Shown: positions 30,624 to 40,559 of the stretch, one piece after another
How the letters are laid out: every line of letters starts with the position of its first letter
How positions within the stretch are numbered: the stretch's first letter is position 1
Source of the DNA: a virus
Length of the DNA: 64,000 bases
Virus record (IMG/VR): IMGVR_UViG_3300029238_000243
Strand: one strand, 5' to 3'
Notes under the pieces: generated by a model
What the model was told of the DNA's origin: nothing
Database searches by the model: none
What the model saw: the letters and a program-made list of their open reading frames with translations, nothing else
Position numbers and translations under genes: made by a program

Positions 30624-31754
30624 TTAAGTTCCGGGAACGAGTTTTTGGTATCCATAAATATCCCAAGCAAGTGTTCGTACCATAGCCCCGATACTTCTGA
30701 TCCGTTCCCCTTTTTTGATATATGTCTCATGGAAACGCGACAATGCTTGTACAATGCAGGATACTGGCAGTTGTAGCGAAATATTAGCAACGTCTCGAAT
30801 ATCCTCATTTGTTAAAGATAGTAGAGAAATCTTTGTCTTTTGTTTTTTGTTGACTTTTGTGATGTCTGCATTGATACGACTTAAGGCAGATTCAATTGTT
30901 GCTTTGGCATCATCTACTTTAACCGATTTGATACGAATTGGATTGTATTCTTCTTTCATTGTAATATAAAAGAAGGAACGTTCTTTTGATAACTTTACAC
31001 CGAACATCTGACAGAAATGATCTGATGTAATCGTATTTCTGATAAGTTTCTTTGTTGCATACGCTGGAAGCATGCGTTTAATGTCAGCATAAGAAGTCTC
31101 ATGAAGGATCTGATTTTTCGTTGCACCTTCAAGAGTTGAAATAACGCCTCTTAACTGAAGCCTTAGTTCATTGATCGTCTGACATCCAAGAAGGATCTTA
31201 AACATATCGTAAGACAGCACAAAATAACCACGTCCACCCTGGGATGCAGTTTTCTTGTTTTCGGTTGACGACAATAGAAACACTTGGTATGTTCCTGTAT
31301 ATAGACCTTTTGTATATGAAATATAACCACGTTCCGACAACGTATGTAAATTACGAATGACAGAACGCCTGGAACAGGATAAAATAGTTGCAGCTTCTTC
31401 TAATTCAATACGAAGGTACCCGAATTTATCCGAGCGCAAAAAGTGCAGGTACAGAAAAAGTTTGATTGCAAGTGTAGGAAGCTCTTTTTTGTACCCGAAA
31501 CGATTGTGCTCATTAATATAGGTACGAACCTGTTTTTTGACAAATTGTTTCTGATCACAGGATTTCGCACAATTAACACCTTTTTTGTAATAAGGGCACG
31601 CGTAACAGTTACTAGAATCAGGGTCCACGATGTCTGTTGTGATAACATCTGTAAGGTAATGATTCTTTTGACATCGAATTGCTGTTACGACTGCGGCTGT
31701 GTTTATAATTGTCGTATCTGGATATTCGTGTTCAAAATAGATATTTGCAGACAT
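30624..31754 (-). CDS. Putative replication-initiation / winged-helix DNA-binding protein with an N-terminal Cys cluster.
   Basis: It has a wHTH-like segment (FGYLRIELEEAATILSCSRRSVIRNLHTLSERGYISY). It lies immediately next to the iteron array. Confidence 0.45.
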   Translation of the reverse strand: MSANIYFEHEYPDTTIINTAAVVTAIRCQKNHYLTDVITTDIVDPDSSNCYACPYYKKGVNCAKSCDQKQFVKKQVRTYINEHNRFGYKKELPTLAIKLFLYLHFLRSDKFGYLRIELEEAATILSCSRRSVIRNLHTLSERGYISYTKGLYTGTYQVFLLSSTENKKTASQGGRGYFVLSYDMFKILLGCQTINELRLQLRGVISTLEGATKNQILHETSYADIKRMLPAYATKKLIRNTITSDHFCQMFGVKLSKERSFFYITMKEEYNPIRIKSVKVDDAKATIESALSRINADITKVNKKQKTKISLLSLTNEDIRDVANISLQLPVSCIVQALSRFHETYIKKGERIRSIGAMVRTLAWDIYGYQKLVPGT

Positions 31755-31839
31755 CGCGTCAACTCCTTTCTTCTAACATTTTCCACAAACATAACAGTTT
31801 AATCGACAAAAGTAAAGGGTTCCCAAAACAGCAGAAATC

Positions 31840-32625
31840 GAAACAAAAACGAATAAATCGAACCAGTAGGTACCGAATGAGAAAATATCGAAAGAAACGG
31901 TACCGAATGAGTGAATATCGAAAAAACAGGGGTCAAAATTTGTTTTATCGAAAGAAAAGTCGTTTATCGAAAAGAATGCACAGAATCGAAAGAAATAGGT
32001 ACCAAATGAATCAATATCGAAAGAAACGGTACCGAATGAGTGAATATCGAAGAAAACAGGTACCAAAATAGTTTTATCGAAAAATATAGCACCAAATGAA
32101 TGCTTATCGAAAAATATGGTACCGTTTGAAAAATATCGAAAGAAACAGGTACCAAATGAGAATTTATCGAAAAATATGGTACCAAATGAATGCTTATCGA
32201 AAAATATGGTACCGTTTGAGAAATATCGAAAAATATGGCACCAAATTAGATTTATCGAAAAATACGGTACCAAACGAGTGTTTATCGAAAAATATGGCAC
32301 CGATTGAAAAATATCGAAGGAAACAGGTACCAAATGAGAACTTATCGAAAAATGCGGTACCAAATGAATGTTTATCGAAAAATGCGGTACCAAATGAGAA
32401 ATATCGAAAAATATGGTACCAAATTAGATTTATCGAAAAATACGGTACCAAATGAGTGTTTATCGAAAAATACGGCACCAAATTAGATTTATCGAAAAAT
32501 ACGGCACCAAATTAGATTTATCGAAAAATACGGCACCAAATGAGTGTTTATCGAAAGAAACAGGTACCAAATGAATGCTTATCGAAAAATACGGTACCAA
32601 ATGAAGCAATAACGAAAGAAGCAGT
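31840..32625. repeat. Iteron array of about 26 tandem direct repeats of 29-30 bp (TATCGAAAAATAyGGyACCAAATGAnnnnn).
   Basis: The period is visible directly in the sequence. The array sits in a divergent intergenic region, and the six-frame ORFs across it are repeat artefacts. Confidence 0.85.
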
Positions 32626-32696
32626 GCCAAATTCTATCAATTGCACAACGGACCAAAAACAATTATAATGATGCTATAAGAACGGAGGATAACAGA

Positions 32697-34178
32697 ATGG
32701 GTTCGATCAAGTATTCAAAAAGTTTCATTAACAAAATAACGAGCAAAGTAGATCCAGCCATTATTGAATATCACGAAAACAGAAAAGATCGTTACAAAAT
32801 ATTTAATAAACCGATAGAATCCTTCGTGGAAAGTGTGTTAATTGAGGAACTCGGAACAACAGATAGAATAGAACTAAGAAAGATAGCTGGTGTAAAGAAA
32901 AAAGCACTTATCAGAAAGAAAAATCGATACTATAAGAATTGTTCCGACATGGTAGAGACAAATGAATGGAAAAATGAATCGGATTCCTATTTTTATCGTG
33001 ACGCATTAACCGTATACAATCTGACAGGACAGCTCGTTCTGAATGATAAAGTGTATCCGGATTTTCCATCAATGGAACAAGAACAGTTGCGTATCATAAA
33101 AGAATGGGCATTAGATAACGATACCAAAATGATCGATTTCCCTGGTCAAGGAAAGAAAACACCAAAAGCACAGGAAAAAGACTTTATTATGGATCTCACC
33201 ATCAACATATTGAATATAGCGGAGGAGGATTACGGATTTGACCTGTCTTCAGTTGTTTACGTAGGAGTTGACGACATTAGCGCGAATTCATTATTCGTAA
33301 ACAAAAAACAGATGGTCAAAAAGGAAGATCTGCAGAACGGAAAACTTGAAGTATACCGCAGCGAAGACGGAAAACACAGAACTGTCATGACGTTTCCTCC
33401 AGATATGTTTAAAAAGAAAGAGAGTATCCAACTATTCGATTCCAAAGATTTACAGATACTATCTTATCTGATACTGCAGTGGGAACAAAGTTCAAGCACT
33501 GTTCGTCCGTTGCCGATTCGAATTATTGATATATACCATGCAATCAGTGGCAATGTAAAATCGAATCCAAGTGCGAACCAGTATGAAGATATCTGGAATC
33601 GATGCTATAAGATGTGGGCATTAGGGTTTGAATCATACTCATTCGATAATGTGACCGGTGGTCGACGATTGATTGCAGAATGTGAACGAGATGAGAAACA
33701 GAATATCATTTACATTGTAATGTCTCAGTATCTGATGGATGAGATCAAGGAAAATAAGATCAGAAAGATGCCAGCAGAGCCGTTAAACAATCTGGAAGAT
33801 AATACGGCTCGCATCTTGTATTATCCATTCATGAAACAAAGAGTATCAGCTTACGAGACAGCCGTAGAAAAAGGTATGGAAGTACAAGTATATCCGATGA
33901 ATATTAAGTACGAGAGCTTCCTGCGCTGGGTAAACTTTGGAGATGCTAATAAAAAGGATAACAATGCAGCAATTACAGAAGCGCTTGAGGAATACAAAGA
34001 GAAAGGAATTTTCATCAAAAATTACAGATATCAGGCAACAAAACAAATGTATTATATCGAATTCTTTGCACTCACAGACATCGAGATCCAGGATTTAGAT
34101 TTCTATTTCAATAAATCAGAGGATAATCCGGAAGATATGATCGATCAACTGAGTATATTCTCACCGGTTATCGATTAA
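32697..34178 (+). CDS. Hypothetical 493-aa protein divergent from the iteron array. It may be an alternative or additional replication protein.
   Basis: A long ORF with an RBS (gaacggaggataacagaATG). Confidence 0.6.
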   Translation: MGSIKYSKSFINKITSKVDPAIIEYHENRKDRYKIFNKPIESFVESVLIEELGTTDRIELRKIAGVKKKALIRKKNRYYKNCSDMVETNEWKNESDSYFYRDALTVYNLTGQLVLNDKVYPDFPSMEQEQLRIIKEWALDNDTKMIDFPGQGKKTPKAQEKDFIMDLTINILNIAEEDYGFDLSSVVYVGVDDISANSLFVNKKQMVKKEDLQNGKLEVYRSEDGKHRTVMTFPPDMFKKKESIQLFDSKDLQILSYLILQWEQSSSTVRPLPIRIIDIYHAISGNVKSNPSANQYEDIWNRCYKMWALGFESYSFDNVTGGRRLIAECERDEKQNIIYIVMSQYLMDEIKENKIRKMPAEPLNNLEDNTARILYYPFMKQRVSAYETAVEKGMEVQVYPMNIKYESFLRWVNFGDANKKDNNAAITEALEEYKEKGIFIKNYRYQATKQMYYIEFFALTDIEIQDLDFYFNKSEDNPEDMIDQLSIFSPVID

Positions 34179-34206
34179 CAGAACGAAAGAAAAGGTCAAA
34201 ATACGA

Positions 34207-34404
34207 ATGAAACGACAAAAGAGAAGATATAGGAAAGAACTGCAGCAAGCGAAGACCATCATTCAGAAATTAATGTATGGGGACCAGCTGGTGTGCGAGT
34301 TCTGTACATACGAAGCCGATCAGAGTAGCCCATGTGCAAATGGAGACAAAGAATGGTGCAAAACTCATGCTACGTGGAAAGGGCTTCAAAAAACAAAAGA
34401 ATAA
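34207..34404 (+). CDS. Small Cys-rich protein.
   Basis: It has the motifs CEFC...C...C. Confidence 0.35.
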   Translation: MKRQKRRYRKELQQAKTIIQKLMYGDQLVCEFCTYEADQSSPCANGDKEWCKTHATWKGLQKTKE

Positions 34405-34407
34405 CAA

Positions 34408-34445
34408 ATGAGAAAACGACAGCTCTGGAATTCAGGGCTGTTTTT
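34408..34445 (+). terminator. Terminator hairpin (CGACAGCTCTGGAATTCAGGGCTGTTTTTCT).
   Basis: A near-identical copy lies at 35738-35775. Confidence 0.5.
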
Positions 34446-34857
34446 CTTATGCTCAGTTTTCAGTGTTTGAGAGAACTTGAAAGGATAACAGGCTTTGAAA
34501 CCCAGGATGGTGTCAAATCTTTCTTCGGGTACCCATAGGGGTTTTGACACCATGTTTTGAAAAGTCTCAGAACTATTGAATTTACTGGGTTTGCGGAGTT
34601 TGTGTTTTCAGACTCATTTGACGATTTTTTTGAAAATAACGTCATTTTTGGTATGGTTTGCATGCGTATGTTTATAGCTCTTATGATGTTGACAAGATGC
34701 TCGTATTCATATATCGAGCCATATATTTTGCATGCGATTTATCATCTCAAAAACTTTTTGGAAATATTTTTCGTTTTCTTAAAACCTGTTTGTGATTTGC
34801 TCTGTCTAATAAGTATACGGAACAAAAATTTCAAACACGAAAAAGGAGAAAACGAAA

Positions 34858-35229
34858 ATGAAAACGAAATCTGTAAATGTATTGTATGTATTATTCACAC
34901 TGGTTAAGGTAACTTTGATGGCTTTGTTTGTAGTATTTGAGGCTGTTCCAACTTTTATTGACCGGCTTAGCGAAGACAGAACAATGTTGTTCGACATTGT
35001 GGAATTCGTAGGCAGCACAGCTTCCATCTATGTGGTAGTCACAGCTCTTGTATTGGTATTTATTTCAACATTCTCTCTTTGGAGTACTTTTATTGCATTT
35101 GTCATAATGGTATTTCTTATGAGTTTATGTACCGGGAATACGGCAGCAATCGTCTTGAATATTGGGTTTGTAATCGCATTTATCCTGATGCTTCTTTATG
35201 ATCTTAGCAATTGGGTTGTAGAAGAATGA
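34858..35229 (+). CDS. Membrane protein (3-4 TM).
   Basis: It has the RBS aaaaggagaaaacgaaaATG. Confidence 0.55.
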   Translation: MKTKSVNVLYVLFTLVKVTLMALFVVFEAVPTFIDRLSEDRTMLFDIVEFVGSTASIYVVVTALVLVFISTFSLWSTFIAFVIMVFLMSLCTGNTAAIVLNIGFVIAFILMLLYDLSNWVVEE

Positions 35230-35332
35230 GAAATATTTTTTAATCTTTAAAACCTGTTAACGATTTTAATTGTCTAGTAAGTGTAACCTAAAAAAAATAA
35301 CATATAACAAAATGAAAAGGAGATTTAGAATT

Positions 35333-35734
35333 ATGGAAAATGTAACATGGAGTAAAAGAATGATAGCAGCAGCAGTAATGTCAATTGCGACACCAATCGT
35401 AACGGTTTTTATGACCGGTTATTATGCTGAAGAAGGCGGATATCTGATCGGAATTCCGATGGCTGTAGTGTCATACCTGTTGATCAATGGCTGGACTGCC
35501 CTGTTGTATGCGTTAAGTAGAGCTTTTCGTATTTTTACAAGTCATCTGACATTCCCGGGATTTAGCCTTGTGGGACTACTGATAACAATATTCTTCGTAC
35601 TTATGGGATTTGCTATTGGTATGATTTATTTTGTTTGTTGTCCGATCGTAATGCTTTTCATGCATTATTCTGAGTTGATGGGAGAAGCAGTAGAACCGGA
35701 AACGATAGATGAAGTTTCCGAAACAAATGAATAA
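35333..35734 (+). CDS. Membrane protein.
   Basis: It has the RBS aaaaggagatttagaattATG and TM helices. Confidence 0.55.
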   Translation: MENVTWSKRMIAAAVMSIATPIVTVFMTGYYAEEGGYLIGIPMAVVSYLLINGWTALLYALSRAFRIFTSHLTFPGFSLVGLLITIFFVLMGFAIGMIYFVCCPIVMLFMHYSELMGEAVEPETIDEVSETNE

Positions 35735-35737
35735 AAT

Positions 35738-35775
35738 AAGAAACACGACAGCTCTGGAAACAGGGCTGTTTTTCT
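35738..35775 (+). terminator. Terminator hairpin, a copy of the one at 34408.
   Basis: CGACAGCTCTGGAAACAGGGCTGTTTTTCT. Confidence 0.5.
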
Positions 35776-35839
35776 TTGATCTCTCGTCATCCATATTTAG
35801 TAAATATAAATATGTTTGAAAAAAGAGAGGAGAATTCAT

Positions 35840-36574
35840 ATGTTTTCATTCTTCAGGAAACCAAAGACAAAACCAAATATAGAAAACAAAAATGAGACTG
35901 CAAACCTGGAATCATTTTTGATCGGGACCGGGACTGACAGACACGGACGAACTTACAACCAGATCATCCGATATAATGATTTACAGTTAGAGAGCGATCA
36001 TTCGTATATTCAATGGGTATTTCCAACAGAAACGCAGTCTAAATATAACGCTTTGGCACCCGTAATATCTAGGGAGCAGGCAAAGAAACTCGCAGATATT
36101 GGTTTGGTGAAAGAAAACCTTCACCGGATGTTCATGAGAATGCTCCTGTTTTATGGGGTGCAGCTTATGAGTAATATCGAACTAGAAGAAAAAGAAGACG
36201 ACACGATTGTTGTGGTTACGAAAGGTCGGCGTACATCATGGGTATTCCATAAAGCGCGCATAGAAGAGTGGTTACAAAACGAAAACCATAATTTATTGCG
36301 CATTTCAAGAATACTAGAATGTTTGCGCATGTTCGAACGTGAGACTGATCATAAACTGCTCTGTAAAATCGTAAACAGCTTAGCTGAGTACAAACCGGAG
36401 ATTAAAACGTGGTTATGCTGGGAGTATTGGACTGACTATATGGTTTACGAAATGCCAGAAACAGAAAGAGTGGCTGTAAAAATGGGAGAAAGACTGCAGA
36501 AGATGAGTGACAATCAGAAAGTTATGGATAATTTGGCTACAGAACGTCGAAATCATGATGTTTTCGGAAATTAG
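35840..36574 (+). CDS. Hypothetical protein.
   Basis: It has the RBS agagaggagaattcatATG and a class-B box at 35791. Confidence 0.55.
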   Translation: MFSFFRKPKTKPNIENKNETANLESFLIGTGTDRHGRTYNQIIRYNDLQLESDHSYIQWVFPTETQSKYNALAPVISREQAKKLADIGLVKENLHRMFMRMLLFYGVQLMSNIELEEKEDDTIVVVTKGRRTSWVFHKARIEEWLQNENHNLLRISRILECLRMFERETDHKLLCKIVNSLAEYKPEIKTWLCWEYWTDYMVYEMPETERVAVKMGERLQKMSDNQKVMDNLATERRNHDVFGN

Positions 36575-36589
36575 GATGTAGTCAGATTC

Positions 36590-36632
36590 GCTATTAGTGC
36601 GTCGTAAATCAAAAGAAAAGCGACGCACTGAC
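36590..36632. terminator. Terminator with a perfect 9-bp stem (AGTGCGTCG..CGACGCACT).
   Basis: The hairpin is visible in the sequence. Confidence 0.5.
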
Positions 36633-36778
36633 AATAATAGAAAATGATTTCTGGTGTACTGGCATTCGTAAGACAGCGGCACCGGAATGAACGTTTACAA
36701 AACGAGTAAAACAACGAAATAGCACCGAAAGAGATGGTAAACTCTCAAACGGTGCTATTTTTGTTGCTGAATTATATG

Positions 36779-36997
36779 TTATTCGCCAAGCTGGTCTTCT
36801 TTTTCTTTGTTGTAACAGAAGAGTACGAGGAATAAACCAAGCACGGACATTCCAGCTGGAATCAATTTAACAAATTCGTAAATCGCTTCGTCTGTAATAA
36901 CGATTCCAAGCAATACCGTGATCACTTTTCCAACCACATAACCAAGAACCATACCAAGAAGTAACCATTTAACCCATTTTCTGTCGTAATCAGTCAT
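36779..36997 (-). CDS. Small two-TM membrane protein (holin-like topology).
   Basis: MTDYDRKWVKWLLLGMVLGYVVG... It is the last gene of the minus-strand operon. Confidence 0.4.
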   Translation of the reverse strand: MTDYDRKWVKWLLLGMVLGYVVGKVITVLLGIVITDEAIYEFVKLIPAGMSVLGLFLVLFCYNKEKEDQLGE

Positions 36998-37016
36998 AAT
37001 ACTTTCCTCCAATTAG

Positions 37017-37874
37017 TTATTCTTTATCCGAATCATGAAGTGGCTCGTCTTCTCTTGGTTCATCGACCATATGTGTAGACTCGAGAACATCATCTTTGAA
37101 ATCTCGTAAGTATTCCATAGAATATGGACTCAGCGTCATAGAAGCTGTTTTATAAGGAATCGTCGCTCCACAATGTGGACAGATTGTGGTTCTTTCCTGC
37201 TGGATCACATGAATATATCCATCCAGGTAAACAAGAGCATTCTGTTGTAAAACATCATGGTCATCATAAGCGATATCGCCATAACTAATCACAACAGGGT
37301 AATCTGCATGATCTTCTTCTCCATCAGAATCAGCAACATAAAGCTTTCGGTTTACAGCAAGCTGATATCTGCAATATGGAACGCCATTTTCAGTTTCTGC
37401 CATTGTGATAGAATCTGTAGGACAACATACACGTCCGATCACTTTAGCGATATTTGAAATCTCTGCTACATTTAACAGATAATTGAGTCCTTCTGTGTTA
37501 TTCTGAATGTTTGTTACGACAGCGCCAACGAAAGACGGATTGATAAGCTGAATAGGAGCGTCTACAGTGGTAGTTTCTCCACAAGCCTCGCAAACCTTAT
37601 GTCGAGATGACATTTTAGTACGAAACGATCCTTTTACTTCGACGATATCGTATTTCTTAAGTTCTTTGACAGCTCTGATGATCTCTTTATCTGATGTCAA
37701 AATGATCGGTCTGTCGAATTTCGGTGAAAGATTACCTGCGCGATCCCAAATATTACGTCTTAATACGTATAATGGGAACATTGCGGATGTAATTTCACCA
37801 GTGTCCGGATCCGTCACAAAACGAACATCGCCACGTAACTGACCCTTGAGCGAAATATAGTTTTCCTTTGCCAT
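37017..37874 (-). CDS. SSB-like protein with two OB-fold-like segments and two Cys4 zinc ribbons.
   Basis: It has two segments ending in LAVNRK-type strands (ISLKGQLRGDVRF...; VIGRVCCPTDS...YQLAVNRK) and the motifs CEACG...C and CPHCG. Confidence 0.4.
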   Translation of the reverse strand: MAKENYISLKGQLRGDVRFVTDPDTGEITSAMFPLYVLRRNIWDRAGNLSPKFDRPIILTSDKEIIRAVKELKKYDIVEVKGSFRTKMSSRHKVCEACGETTTVDAPIQLINPSFVGAVVTNIQNNTEGLNYLLNVAEISNIAKVIGRVCCPTDSITMAETENGVPYCRYQLAVNRKLYVADSDGEEDHADYPVVISYGDIAYDDHDVLQQNALVYLDGYIHVIQQERTTICPHCGATIPYKTASMTLSPYSMEYLRDFKDDVLESTHMVDEPREDEPLHDSDKE

Positions 37875-37984
37875 TATTTGTTTCCTCCACTAATCAATGT
37901 TTACAGGGATTTTCCCTGCTACAGTTAAATATGTGTGAGTTCTGAACAAAGGAATAACAAAAAGAGAAGCCAAAGAGCAGACTT

Positions 37985-38164
37985 TTCGTATTTCGTTGAT
38001 CAATGTCTTAATATGTATAGTCCTGCAATTATAGCAACGGCAACGATGATAAAACTTAATATACAGTATACTTTATATCGTTTGTTTTCTGGGTGCTGTT
38101 CATGCAGTTCTGTCATAATAAAGCTGCACGCTGCAGAAATAATGAATATACCCATGAAAACCAT
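37985..38164 (-). CDS. Small 59-aa membrane protein.
   Basis: It has the RBS taggaggcaacatttATG and the sequence MFLRFMVFMGIFIISAACSF... Confidence 0.35.
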
Positions 38165-38195
38165 GAATCTTAGAAACATAAATGTTGCCTCCTAG

Positions 38196-38423
38196 TTATT
38201 TTGAATTCGAATTATCGTTTTCTCTCAAAGCATCACAAATAACGTCATCGTATTTTTCGAAAACAGCATCCCGAATTCGACATATCGGAGGCTGCCCCTG
38301 ATATCTGTCACATCCACTTATTCCGGAAACTCGGAATAAAGAGAAATCATGATGTTTTGCTTTTTCTGTAATGTCATCAAGGATCATACATAATTCTTTT
38401 ACACATTCTTGTTCTCTGGTCAT
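38196..38423 (-). CDS. Hypothetical protein.
   Basis: An ORF in the same minus-strand operon. Confidence 0.45.
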   Translation of the reverse strand: MTREQECVKELCMILDDITEKAKHHDFSLFRVSGISGCDRYQGQPPICRIRDAVFEKYDDVICDALRENDNSNSK

Positions 38424-38429
38424 AATAAG

Positions 38430-38642
38430 TTACCTCTCATCAAGCCAATTTCGTAATACTGGCATAATGTCATCTTTCCAGTATCGATACCGCTTAGCGT
38501 GCCCTATACCGTTTTCAGTTTTGTTACATTTTTGTTTGCAGCAAGCATAAGCAGATTTATAGTTTTCGGGTGTGTATATGTCGTTTTCAAGCAAAAATGA
38601 CTGAATGATGTTTCCCATTGCGAATCCACTGATATAATTCAT
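38430..38642 (-). CDS. Hypothetical protein.
   Basis: An ORF in the same minus-strand operon. Confidence 0.45.
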   Translation of the reverse strand: MNYISGFAMGNIIQSFLLENDIYTPENYKSAYACCKQKCNKTENGIGHAKRYRYWKDDIMPVLRNWLDER

Positions 38643-38660
38643 AAATATACCCTCCTCCTG

Positions 38661-39083
38661 TTATTGGTTCATGACGCAGCCGGATGTCTGGAACCAATAA
38701 CAGGCTTCTCCGTTTTCGTCTCTGTCTGTTACACATCCAATGATGGAAGCCTCAAATTGGTTCCGAAGATAATCGGCTGCATTTTTATTCGGTTCATGAT
38801 GTGTGACATAATCGTCGAATATGCTTTTAACTCTCTGAAGAATAAGTTGCTTTTCGTCATCAGACAGCACAAGCGTTGTATTCGGATTAAGCAGTTCCCG
38901 AATCTTATTTACACGAATAGAGCACTGTATGTATTCGTCAAATACATCGCTATCGGGTCCTTCGAGCGTATATTTTGTGTACAAATCTATGGGAACCGAA
39001 GTCAATCCATTATACAAATTATGAACAAAACCGCTCATGATATCTTGGAAATCGTTATCGTGCACTGTTATTCGAATGATCAT
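38661..39083 (-). CDS. Hypothetical protein.
   Basis: An ORF in the same minus-strand operon. Confidence 0.5.
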   Translation of the reverse strand: MIIRITVHDNDFQDIMSGFVHNLYNGLTSVPIDLYTKYTLEGPDSDVFDEYIQCSIRVNKIRELLNPNTTLVLSDDEKQLILQRVKSIFDDYVTHHEPNKNAADYLRNQFEASIIGCVTDRDENGEACYWFQTSGCVMNQ

Positions 39084-39085
39084 AA

Positions 39086-39367
39086 TTATTCTCCTTTCGA
39101 CATACGATCCTCGATACGTTTCTGTTTGAAATCAATCCAGAACTGCATCTGCTCATCTGAAATACCATAAATCTGTTTTAAGACCTCAATACAGATACAT
39201 ACATCTGCCATTTCCTCAGCAAGATGATCAATGTTTGATTTGCCTCGAATCTCTTTGCTAATACACTGAATAAGTTCTGCACATTCCTCCATACAGACTG
39301 TTGCCTGAATGTTCGCCCCATAAAAATCGATTGCTTCTTTAACTGTGTCTTCCTTGATTGTTCTCAT
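39086..39367 (-). CDS. MazG-like nucleoside triphosphate pyrophosphohydrolase.
   Basis: It has the motif EECAELIQCISKEIRGK...HLAEEMADVCICIEVL. Confidence 0.6.
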   Translation of the reverse strand: MRTIKEDTVKEAIDFYGANIQATVCMEECAELIQCISKEIRGKSNIDHLAEEMADVCICIEVLKQIYGISDEQMQFWIDFKQKRIEDRMSKGE

Positions 39368-39407
39368 TATGAAAAGCTCCTTTGTCTTCGAATTATTTGT
39401 TTACATA

Positions 39408-39446
39408 TGATAAGGCTCAAAGTATGGAAAACTCGTCAGATTTGTT
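39408..39446 (-). promoter_or_regulatory. Class-A promoter-like box driving the minus-strand MazG operon.
   Basis: Its reverse complement is CAAATCTGACGAGTTTTCCATACTTTGAGCCTTATCAT. Confidence 0.45.
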
Positions 39447-39480
39447 GCCATTTTTTCGTATTCGTTTTATAATATCTAGT

Positions 39481-40533
39481 ATGAAAGAAGATGTAAAATA
39501 CAAAAAGCAGCAACAACTGAATAAATTGAAAGCAGATCTTCCTGATTACGTGAAAGAGTATATAAGTTATTGTGAAGGAACATTGAATCGGTCCTATAAC
39601 ACAATGATTTCTTACACATACAACATTCGTCAGTTCTTTCAGTTTTTGATAGATCAGAATCCATTGATTTCCGGATATGATGACATTACGATTGATATGC
39701 TGAATCAAATAGAGGCTCTCGATATGCAGGATTATATGAGTTATTTACGTTTGCATAAGTCAGAAACAAAAACCATCCAGAACGAAGCAAAATCACGAGC
39801 TCAGAGACTAAGCTGTATGCGTCACTTTTTTCAATATCTGTCTATATATAAGGGACTTTCCGTGAATACGGCTAAATTATTAGACAGACCAAAAGCGCAT
39901 TCAAAAAAGAAACAGCCGCTAACGAGTGAAGAAACGGTAGAATTATTGAACAATGTGAAAGCCTGTGTCGGGAAACCGGAATCTTTGTTTTATCTTGAGA
40001 ATACAAAGTATAGGAATATTGCAATTATAACTACACTTGCTTACACAGGAATTCGTGTTTCCGAATTGTGCAACCTGAATCTCGATGACATCCATAGGGA
40101 TACAATGACGATTCACGTGACAAGAAAAGGTGGCGATGATGATGAGGTTATTATAAATAATGAGGTCCGTAAAGCTATCGATCGTTATATCGATTTTGAA
40201 AGACAACCTTACGATGACGCAAACCGGGCATTATTTTTATCATCAAGACATGCCACTGGAGATCGGTTGTCAGTACGGTCCGTAGAACGAATGATCAAAG
40301 CGTATGGAGACACCATTGGGGAACATGTAACACCTCACACCTTAAGACGTACCTTCGGAACAAAACTTTATAACCAAACCGGAGATTTGTATTTGACCGC
40401 CACTGCATTGGGCCACAAAAATATTCAGACGACGAAAGATTATTATACAACGATGTCCGAAGAACGAAAGCAGCTGATCAGAGGGATTAACTACGAAGAA
40501 ACAAATAAATCAGAAGAAAACAAAGGAGACTAA
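39481..40533 (+). CDS. Tyrosine recombinase (phage-integrase / XerD family).
   Basis: It has the catalytic-region motifs LAYTGIRVSEL, HTLRRTF and LGHKNIQTTKDYY. Confidence 0.85.
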   Translation: MKEDVKYKKQQQLNKLKADLPDYVKEYISYCEGTLNRSYNTMISYTYNIRQFFQFLIDQNPLISGYDDITIDMLNQIEALDMQDYMSYLRLHKSETKTIQNEAKSRAQRLSCMRHFFQYLSIYKGLSVNTAKLLDRPKAHSKKKQPLTSEETVELLNNVKACVGKPESLFYLENTKYRNIAIITTLAYTGIRVSELCNLNLDDIHRDTMTIHVTRKGGDDDEVIINNEVRKAIDRYIDFERQPYDDANRALFLSSRHATGDRLSVRSVERMIKAYGDTIGEHVTPHTLRRTFGTKLYNQTGDLYLTATALGHKNIQTTKDYYTTMSEERKQLIRGINYEETNKSEENKGD

Positions 40534-40552
40534 ATAATAGTCTCCTCTTTTT
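40517..40552. terminator. Terminator (GGAGACTAAATAATAGTCTCC + T8).
   Basis: A hairpin followed by a T-run. Confidence 0.55.
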
Positions 40553-40559
40553 TTTGCGC

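Noticed and set aside
31709-32486. Several ORFs of 60-200 aa on both strands (31709..32071, 31773..32393, 32096..32455 and others).
   Set aside because: They lie entirely within the iteron array. Their periodic, low-complexity 'proteins' (YRKIWYQM…; FFDKHSFG…) are repeat artefacts.
31840-32625. A regular 30-bp direct-repeat array that could be mistaken for a CRISPR array.
   Set aside because: The repeats abut each other with only about 5 variable nt, not 25-40-nt unique spacers, and no cas genes are nearby. They fit iterons.
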